The position numbers and the translations under genes are program-made. 35,424 bases of DNA, from positions 1 through 35,424 of the forward strand of contig CAZIDW010000005.1 of assembly GCA_964538225.1 (NCBI GenBank), given 5' to 3'. Positions 24,786-32,100 of the stretch are shown here, in pieces (the first letter of the stretch is position 1; each line of letters begins with the position of its first letter). The notes under the pieces were generated by a model. It was not told the DNA's origin. It saw nothing but the letters and a program-made list of their open reading frames with translations, and ran no database searches. Source of the stretch: an uncultured Candidatus Peribacteria bacterium. Lineage in GTDB: Bacteria > Patescibacteriota > Gracilibacteria > UM-FILTER-43-11.

Positions 24786-25646
24786 TTAAGCCGTTTTTTT
24801 AATGGTTTCCGCGCCCCTTCCTTTCATACTTTTTTCGCTAGCCTGTTTCGCTGGCAGCTCGGCCATATTAGATGCTGTTTCAGTCGCCGCGACCTCCTGT
24901 TTCGCGGTTTTAACGCAATTCAGTGTACGGTCGATGCCGCTGCGGACATTTTTTACCGATTTTTGGATGCCGCGGGGGTAAGCCATTAGTCCGTTGCCAA
25001 TGTTTTCAGCCACAGGTTTAGCGGGTTTTGCCAACTCGATTGACGGCCTGCCCACCATCCTTACTGGAGTGGCGGCGATGCTGAATGGCAGCGAAATTGT
25101 GTTACCGAAAGCCCTCACTGGCTGGCCGCTTTTAACATTTTTTACGATTTTTCCAACTCTGGAACGGGTTTTTGATATACCATTTTTCAAGCCGAGCCAC
25201 ATATTTTTAGGGATTCTGATGACATTGCCTGGTGTTTTGAACACGCCTTTGATTACATCGCGGAAATTATGGACCAGATTTTTCTGAATGCAGATCAGGG
25301 GGGCTTTGACCAGTTCTTTCATGCCGCCGTAGATCGATCCTTTAAACACGCCGGCAGCCGCTTCGCGCGTGGCTTTTATCGGCATCTTGAATTTATCCAG
25401 TACTCTGGGTATGTATTTTGTCCCCAGGCTCAGGGGTTTTGTAATAGGCCATAAAACTATTCTCGCGGGAAAAGTGACCCATTTAAAACCTTTCCACAAT
25501 CCCCTGCCAAGCACTTTAAGGCCCGACCCGCTCGCTTTTGCGACTGCTTTGGCTTTTTCCGCGGCCATGCGGGGCATGCGTTTTTCTTTCACGAAACTGG
25601 TGTGAAAGTCATTGTTGTGCCAAAGGGTGGTTGTATTATGGAACAT
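24786..25646 (-). CDS. island gene F: highly basic Lys/Gly/Pro-rich protein, unknown function
   Basis: The 286-aa ORF contains recurring K-x-[VI]-K-x-G-like units (IKGVFKTPGNVIRIPKN, GKIVKNVKSGQPVR, IQKSVKNVRSGIDR). The start is uncertain and the ATG at 25577 (MPRMAAEKAKA) is an alternative. Confidence 0.6.
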   Translation of the reverse strand: MFHNTTTLWHNNDFHTSFVKEKRMPRMAAEKAKAVAKASGSGLKVLGRGLWKGFKWVTFPARIVLWPITKPLSLGTKYIPRVLDKFKMPIKATREAAAGVFKGSIYGGMKELVKAPLICIQKNLVHNFRDVIKGVFKTPGNVIRIPKNMWLGLKNGISKTRSRVGKIVKNVKSGQPVRAFGNTISLPFSIAATPVRMVGRPSIELAKPAKPVAENIGNGLMAYPRGIQKSVKNVRSGIDRTLNCVKTAKQEVAATETASNMAELPAKQASEKSMKGRGAETIKKTA

Positions 25647-25662
25647 GGTTTATGGCTGATTA

Positions 25663-26901
25663 TTAAGCCTGTTGGAAAAGATTATTTAAATCAAAGCGGT
25701 CTTTCAGCGCGCGGTACACTTCCTGGATTTTATCGCTGATTTCCTGTTCGTTTTCCAAACCGAAGGTTTCGCGCATTAGTTGTTCCGGATTGTCGACTTC
25801 CGGGGTATTTTTAAGAGCCAGTAACATAATGCCTAAGGAATCTTCCGGGAATACTGCGTCAATATCTAACCCCAGTTGCTGTAATTCCTCCGTATCGGGC
25901 TGTTCTTTAAAAATCCGGATTAATTCATCTGTGTACTGTTTCGCCCTTTGGGCTTCAGTATCGTTTGTTGTCTCAGCCACCTGATTTACGCCTGTTGCAG
26001 GTATAGGGTTTTGTGTCGCTGTTTCATCTAATGCATCACCGATTGCCGGTCGCGTTATTTTTACCTGTTGGGACATTTGGCTTAATATGCTTTCGATGTC
26101 ATTTTCATCGAATCGGCGCGGCTCTTTGCCGGGATTGTATTCAGGCAGTCTTAATTCTTCCGCCCATTCGATTTGCGCGTACACACTGCACGATTGTTTT
26201 TCCACGTAGATTCGATGACCGATTTTAGACATCAGATTTAAAATTTTATTGCCGTATTTTTCGATGTAATCCATCAGCTCATCAAACGGCTCCATCACAT
26301 CAGCCAGTTTTTTCAGATGCTGTCTCATGGTCGCTTCATCGTCATCGTTCCGGATTTTAAATATTTTGCTGAACAGTATATTAGTCGCCGTTACTTTCCT
26401 TGTGGTGAGACTGCGGATGTCGTTCCGCGTTACGTTTTTTCCGATCACAGCAATCATAATCGCTCTCAGCAGATTTTTTAGATTTTCCTCATCCAGCCCC
26501 AAATATTTCAGTAGGTTCCGGTTCTCATTGGGCTCCCGGACATGGTTTTTTAACAGTTCGATCAATGTCCGGACCGTGGCTACAGCCAAAGGCTGTTCCT
26601 TACAGATCTCTTTAAAGCGTTTGAAATTATCCGATTCAGGCTGTGTCGCAGACAAGGTCTGCGGGGCCCTTTCCGCTGTCGTTTGTGCCGGAACCGGCTC
26701 ATTGCCCTTAATATCTGCGTCAGGCCGGCTGTTTTCAGGGGTCTGTTGAGGCTCCTTGGGCTTAAGCTGGCTTTGCAGCCTGTCCCGCAGGGTATTTTGC
26801 GTAGCGGCGCCCGATTCCCTTTGCTTGATGGTCTCCTGGACACGCTCAGCTAAAGGCTTTCGGATACGCTCATTGACTGATTTTTTTCTAAAGATGGCCA
26901 T
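25663..26901 (-). CDS. island gene E: soluble acidic protein, unknown function
   Basis: The 412-aa ORF has a disordered Gln/Pro/Thr-rich N-terminal ~95 aa followed by helical-looking regions. It has no TM segment and no motif I recognise. Confidence 0.7.
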   Translation of the reverse strand: MAIFRKKSVNERIRKPLAERVQETIKQRESGAATQNTLRDRLQSQLKPKEPQQTPENSRPDADIKGNEPVPAQTTAERAPQTLSATQPESDNFKRFKEICKEQPLAVATVRTLIELLKNHVREPNENRNLLKYLGLDEENLKNLLRAIMIAVIGKNVTRNDIRSLTTRKVTATNILFSKIFKIRNDDDEATMRQHLKKLADVMEPFDELMDYIEKYGNKILNLMSKIGHRIYVEKQSCSVYAQIEWAEELRLPEYNPGKEPRRFDENDIESILSQMSQQVKITRPAIGDALDETATQNPIPATGVNQVAETTNDTEAQRAKQYTDELIRIFKEQPDTEELQQLGLDIDAVFPEDSLGIMLLALKNTPEVDNPEQLMRETFGLENEQEISDKIQEVYRALKDRFDLNNLFQQA

Positions 26902-26950
26902 TGTTTTAAAATTAAAAAGTAGAGATTAAAAGATAAAAATTTTAGGGGAT

Positions 26951-26982
26951 GGCGCGCCTCGTCGTGGTCGACGAGGCGCGCC
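26951..26982 (-). terminator. perfect 14-bp GC hairpin exactly 14 nt after the stop of island gene D
   Basis: GGCGCGCCTCGTCG-tggt-CGACGAGGCGCGCC. On the minus strand it is followed by AUCCCCUAAAAUUUUUAUCUUUU. Confidence 0.6.
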
Positions 26983-26996
26983 CGGTTGTCCGTTCA

Positions 26997-27656
26997 CTAG
27001 CCGTATTCGTCCAGGTCCAGCGCGTCGGTCAGACTGTCTGGCGCAGGGGTTGCTGGTAGCGTTGCGGGCCGCCTATAGCCGCAGCCTGCGGTGCAGGTCT
27101 TCGGCCCCAGGTAACCTCCGCAGTTCGGACAGGTCGAGGCGGGATCTGAGGGAGCCGTCGCGGGGGGCGGCGCTGTCGGCGCACCGGGCTGGGCTGGGGG
27201 AGTGGGAGCGGAACCTGCTTCCGGCGGCTTTTTGGGCCAGTACCGGAGGGTCAGGAGTGCTTTCCACCCTTTCTTTTCCGCCAGGCTGGTGAGCTCTGGC
27301 GGCTGGAAGCGGATTACCCCGATTAACATCAAGGGGATGAGCCAGCCCAGAGATTCGTCGGCGCAATGGAAAAGCGCCAAGCTGAGCCCGTAGGCGACCA
27401 CGAACCAGAAGGGTATACCCTTTAGGGAGCGCGCCTTTTTTCCGGGCAGGCTGATGTAGTGATACACTAGGAGCGCGAGAAGCAGGAACGCCCAACTACC
27501 GGGCACCAGGTACTCTGACCAATGGTTGAGAAAGTACTCCTTTTTTGGCCAGAAGGTGGGATCCACCTGGTCGGCAATCATTTCGGCTTCATCGGTGCAG
27601 CCGGTGGAAAGGATGACAGCGACGAGCGCTGCCATCAGTTTCAGGAAACGCTTCAT
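26997..27656 (-). CDS. island gene D: lipoprotein-signal polytopic membrane protein with C-terminal zinc ribbon and acidic LDEYG tail
   Basis: The signal/lipobox is AVILSTGC and there are 3-4 hydrophobic segments. A Pro/Ala-rich linker leads to CPNCGGYLGPKTCTAGCGY (CxxC...CxxxC, about 27075-27131). The C-terminus is SLTDALDLDEYG. The SD is AAGGAGG, 5 nt before the ATG. Confidence 0.75.
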   Translation of the reverse strand: MKRFLKLMAALVAVILSTGCTDEAEMIADQVDPTFWPKKEYFLNHWSEYLVPGSWAFLLLALLVYHYISLPGKKARSLKGIPFWFVVAYGLSLALFHCADESLGWLIPLMLIGVIRFQPPELTSLAEKKGWKALLTLRYWPKKPPEAGSAPTPPAQPGAPTAPPPATAPSDPASTCPNCGGYLGPKTCTAGCGYRRPATLPATPAPDSLTDALDLDEYG

Positions 27657-27801
27657 AACTGCCTCCTTTTAAGGCTGGTCGTGAACGGATAACAGAGAAA
27701 GTTCTGCCTTTTTCATCCTTCTCCGTCAAGGCTTCGAAGGAGAAAAAGACAAGAGGGTCTCTGTTATCGTTTCTCGGAATTTTAAAGAACAAGGGAATAA
27801 A

Positions 27802-27830
27802 ATTTTATAATATTTTTTATATTTTGTCAA
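27802..27830 (-). promoter_or_regulatory. sigma70-type promoter of island gene D (TTGACA-17-TAAAAT)
   Basis: The minus strand reads ttgaca aaatataaaaaatatta taaaat. It predicts a ~135-nt leader. Confidence 0.65.
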
Positions 27831-27856
27831 TCTTTTCTTAAAGAAAGCTGGTGAAC

Positions 27857-27885
27857 GGCGGCCCGGGAGAGGTTCCCGGGCCGCC
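27857..27885 (-). terminator. perfect 12-bp GC hairpin exactly 14 nt after the stop of island gene C
   Basis: GGCGGCCCGGGA-gaggt-TCCCGGGCCGCC. On the minus strand it is followed by GUUCACCAGCUUUCUUU and then the gene D promoter. Confidence 0.55.
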
Positions 27886-27899
27886 TGGTTGCTGTGCGC

Positions 27900-28766
27900 T
27901 CAGGAGTATTCATCTAACTCAGGGAGATCGAGGGCTTCCTCCAGAGATAGGGAGGTGGGCGAATCGGCCTGCCTGGATGATGTTTCGCAGTTCCCGCAGA
28001 GGACGTAGCCAGGCGGGTTCAGGTACCCGCAGGCGGGGCAGCTGACCCAATTCCGCTGGTCCTGCTGGGTGGGCTGGCTGGTGTCGGCGGCGGTAGGGGT
28101 TATTGCAGGCTGTTTGCCTTCCGCCGCCTTTTTCTTGCCGAAACGAATGCGGCGCCAGATTCCCAGGATGGAATTCTTGGGCGCGTTTTTGACCCACCCC
28201 TTAGCCTTGTCCCCGCCGACCTTTTCGGCGATGAACAAAATCATCATGATACAGCCGACGGTGCCGGCGGGCACAAAAATACCCCACAGCCAGAGCGGCT
28301 TGCTGGTGAGGGTTTTGCCCCCGCAGATACCTGCTAGGGCGACGCAGCCCAAAGCGCCGACCGTTATTTCTCCGACAGACAGAGGATCCTTTTGGCCGGG
28401 CAGTTTTTTGTCCATGACCCCCCGCCACCATTTCCCCGCTTTTGCAATTGAGCCGAGGATAGGAATGGGCATAGGGAAATAGGACAGGATTACAGGGATG
28501 AGCCAAAATGGCTGGAATGGCGGGATTACCAAGTACGTGACCCAGGGGCCGACATATTGGCGAGTGACCTTGACGATGATTAGGATCCAGAAGACTCCGA
28601 CCGCAAAGGCCCACATCCAGGACTCCGCGGGGGTTATGGCGTTGGTGACGGTGGATGAAAACCAATTCCACGCCTTCATCATGATTCCAGTTAAACTGCC
28701 TGCCCAAGCGACCTTGGGCAGTAACAACACAATGAGCATCGATACTCCCAAAGTAAACTTGCGCAT
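27900..28766 (-). CDS. island gene C: signal-peptide polytopic membrane protein with C-terminal zinc ribbon and acidic LDEYS tail (paralogous architecture to D)
   Basis: The signal peptide is MRKFTLGVSMLIVLLLPKVAWA and there are about 5-6 hydrophobic segments. A basic stretch RRIRFGKKK leads to a low-complexity linker and CPACGYLNPPGYVLCGNC (about 27987-28040). The C-terminus is SLSLEEALDLPELDEYS. The SD is AGGAG, 7 nt before the ATG. Confidence 0.75.
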   Translation of the reverse strand: MRKFTLGVSMLIVLLLPKVAWAGSLTGIMMKAWNWFSSTVTNAITPAESWMWAFAVGVFWILIIVKVTRQYVGPWVTYLVIPPFQPFWLIPVILSYFPMPIPILGSIAKAGKWWRGVMDKKLPGQKDPLSVGEITVGALGCVALAGICGGKTLTSKPLWLWGIFVPAGTVGCIMMILFIAEKVGGDKAKGWVKNAPKNSILGIWRRIRFGKKKAAEGKQPAITPTAADTSQPTQQDQRNWVSCPACGYLNPPGYVLCGNCETSSRQADSPTSLSLEEALDLPELDEYS

Positions 28767-28985
28767 AGTCAGACTCCTTTCGTAACCTCCTCGCGGGAGG
28801 CGTTTTTTGGTTTAACGGTCGTATCTGATTACCGGATAATCAAATAAAACCGTTAAACCGGTTTGATTCTGAACGTACACAGCAAGGAAGAGATCTGCTG
28901 TCAATCACCTCCGTAGAGGGAGAAATGGACAGCAAATCCTTCCTCGCTACGAGTTGTTAAAGAACAAGGTTGAGTAAGAGTGTAT

Positions 28986-29014
28986 ATTGTACAATAAATT
29001 AAATTTTATGTCAA
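28986..29014 (-). promoter_or_regulatory. sigma70-type promoter of island gene C (TTGACA-17-TACAAT)
   Basis: The minus strand reads ttgaca taaaatttaatttattg tacaat. It predicts a ~210-nt leader. Confidence 0.7.
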
Positions 29015-29052
29015 TAGTATTTCAGAGATAAAATCCATTAACCGATTTATAC

Positions 29053-29077
29053 AAAAAAAAGAGCCGATAAACGACTC
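29053..29077 (-). terminator. rho-independent terminator of the 1569-aa gene
   Basis: The minus strand reads GAGUCG-uuuau-CGGCUC (one G.U pair) followed by U8 (A-run 29053-29060 on the plus strand). Confidence 0.6.
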
Positions 29078-29198
29078 CCCGAAAGGAAATAAGTAGTATA
29101 TTTAAATAATATACTTCTTGATTTATTTGTCAAGGGTCTAAGTCCTAGAATAAACAATCCTCTTAATTCAGAAATGGCTCAATTAAGACAAAATCCAC

Positions 29199-32100
29199 TT
29201 AGGGCCTATTGGCTTTTTGCCATTCATTATCCCAGCCGTCAGGACGCACATTGTAGTTATCTGTGTTTTGCCGCCCCCGGATGTGTCCAAGATATAAGTC
29301 TCCCTCTAATTTATTTTTTTCAAATAATTTTAGAGATTTATCATATGTCTCTGCGTTGGTTCTGTTTTTGTAGAACTGTGACATGGCTGTTCCGGGACTA
29401 CGGGCGCTTTCAAAATATTCATCCAGCCATTGTTTCTGTTCTTCGCTTAGTGATGTGTAACGTCGTATCCAGGCAATCGATCCGCTGTCGATGAACGGAA
29501 GGACATCCAATACATCGTGCGCAAAACCACCGGCCTTTCCAATCACATAAGAAGATGCCCGCACCCATTGCGAAAAGGCCAACAGCGCGTACCCGCCGAA
29601 TTTTTTAGTACCATAACTGTTTAAGCCGAAAGCCTCTTTCACATTTTCGTATAAGCCTTTTTTTGGGTCGATAATAAACGGCAGTCGGTCTTTGATTTCT
29701 GCGGCATTGTAATAATCCGGGAAGCGCCCCTTTTCCTTTAGGTAATATTCATGGCTGTCCGGCATGGGCATGCGGTAAAACGCGTAGATTTTAGACGGAG
29801 CTTTTTCGCCCGGCCCCCCTGTCTTTACCACGACATGGATGGTGTCCATGTATTTTTTCAAATCGGCTTTGGTTAGGTTCGGATGCTTGCTCACAAATTG
29901 TTCCATTGCCTGCTCGCGCATGGCTTTCTCCATTAAATTGTGGGCTTCGCCAACGGAATGGGTGTCTTTTACCCCTGCTTTTTCTTTGTCAACTGAAGTG
30001 AGAAGGTAGCCGATGCGGTAATCCGGGCTCCGTTCATTCTGCGTTTCCGTAAAATAAGCATTGCCGTTCGCGATGGCTTCCGGATTGCCGTTTGCCGCTC
30101 CGAAGGCGCTGGCGAACGGCCGCGTATAGTATCCCAAAAAACTAAATGTCTCACTCCCTCTTAATTCATCATCATCCTCCAGTTTCTGGCGATCAAGCTG
30201 GCTGTTTTGATCCAACAGTTCTCTGCCGACCACATCCCGCAACTCCAAATCGCGATGGATGGTCACCAGCTGGTCGCTCCTGAGCAGTTCTTTGACCTGG
30301 CGCAGTTTGGTGGTCGTCCATGGTATGGCGAATTTTGAGACCCCGTACAGCACTTCCAGCGGCAGGGTCACGCCTTCCACAGTCAATTGCCAGACATCAT
30401 CCACAAATTCAAGAATGACGGGTTTTTTGGCCTCGTACCAGATTTCAGCCCGGCGCCCCATAATCTTAACATTAGTAGTCGTTGAATCCACCAGCTCGCT
30501 CAATACTCTTTTGACCCATGGCACATAATGTGTGCCCAGGTTGTCGTAAAAATCTTTGCCGGCTTCAGTTACAGGTGAATAAATGTCGTAGCGGAATTTG
30601 GCGATTAGTTTATTGCTCGTTTCCTTGCCCCATTCCTTTGACCTTTCCAATAAGCTTTCTTTTTGCACGCGTTCCGCCTCGTAGCTGTCCATTTCCGCCT
30701 TCAGCACCACTTCCCAGGTCAAATCATCGGGATTATTGCGGAACTTTTTGATGATTATCTGTTGGATTTCCGTAAATTGGGCTTTTTCCAGGTCATAGTC
30801 CTTATCTGTAATGGCTTTTACCCACCGTTCGTTTAAGGCTTCCTTGCCCCAGTAGGCGTCTTTTTCCACCTTATCCCCCACATAGCCGAAGAAGTTTTCA
30901 ATGGTGCGTTTTACCACTTTAGCAGCCCGCATCTCCGGATCGTATTCTTTAAATTTAATGCCGCGCACAATATTGTATGCCTGGATCCGCCGGGGCAGTT
31001 TTACGTCTTCATGACCGGGCCGGGGCCGGCCGTCCGGCGTGGTGGCCTCGTACCATTCCATTAATTCAGCAAACGGCACATCGTTGAGCTCCTGCAGGGC
31101 GCGGGCGTGTTCGTCGTCGGAAATCTCGTTTTTTTCCATGTCCGCTGCCCCCTGTTCCAGCAGTACGGATTCATACGTGCCCTCCATGGATTCCGCGATG
31201 CCGGTGAGTTTGAACCGGTCCAGAAGCCCTTCGCCGGTCACGTGTTTAATGGTGAGTTCCGCGGCGCCGGCCATAAAAAGGACGCGCAGGAATTTGCCGG
31301 ATTTCCCTTCGCCTTTGTAGGCTTTTTTGGCCAGTTTCCAGGCCCCGATGAGCAGGGCCACGCCCGCGGCGCGGTTGGCAATGCTCTGCCCCGGGCCGAT
31401 GACCATGTCGATCACGCCTTTGGCGTAATCAGTGATCTTGTCCCCAAAAGTCATGCCGTCCAGTTTGGCGGCCAGTTCCGCTTTTCCCTCCGCGCGGGCC
31501 GCGTCGATTTTTTCGCGGTGTCGGATTTCGATTTCAATCATTTTCACAATATTCCGCGCAGTGATCTGGGCATTCCGTATCTTGGGGTCCGGGTCCAGTT
31601 CCGCGCCTTTAATGGTTTCCAGCACTTTCAGAAAATCTTCTTTGCCCTGGGCCACACCCGGTTTGGTCTCCGGCAGGATGTAATTGAACATCTTTACCAG
31701 TTTCTGCACGCCTTCTTCGCTGGCCAGCATGTGGTCCCATGCTTCTATTTTCATGCCCGGGTCCCCCTCTTTGTTTTCCGGGCTGATGTAGTCTTCGTAC
31801 CGGCCCTGCACGTATTCCATGCGCATCCCCAGCCGTTCCAGGTAATCCCAGCGGCTTTCCGGGTCGTAATCCAGCGTGCTGTAGGTTACATCGATATGCG
31901 CGAGGTCCTCTTCAAAGGATTTGATGAATTCCCTGTTGTTGACCCCGTAGATCTCATCGTAAAGGCTTTTCGTTTTTTTAAAAGTTTCGATGTAATCTGC
32001 GAATTGTTTGCGTGTCGGGTTTTTAACGCGCGCCAATTTGTGCGCCTCTTTGTATAAGCCTTGCCATTGTTGCAGGGTTTTTTTGTCGCGTTTAATCACC

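Noticed and set aside
26997-27023. The C-terminal ...DEYG / ...DEYS tails read as proteasome-activator HbYX motifs.
   Set aside because: HbYX requires a hydrophobic residue before the penultimate Tyr, and here it is Glu. No proteasome or AAA+ partner is encoded nearby. I kept it only as an unexplained conserved tail.
23950-29014. The three hairpin-terminated cassettes interpreted as integron gene cassettes with attC sites.
   Set aside because: The hairpins are short, perfect and GC-rich. They are not the 57-141 bp imperfect attC structures with RYYYAAC/GTTRRRY cores. The cassettes carry their own promoters, and no integrase or attI is present in the window.
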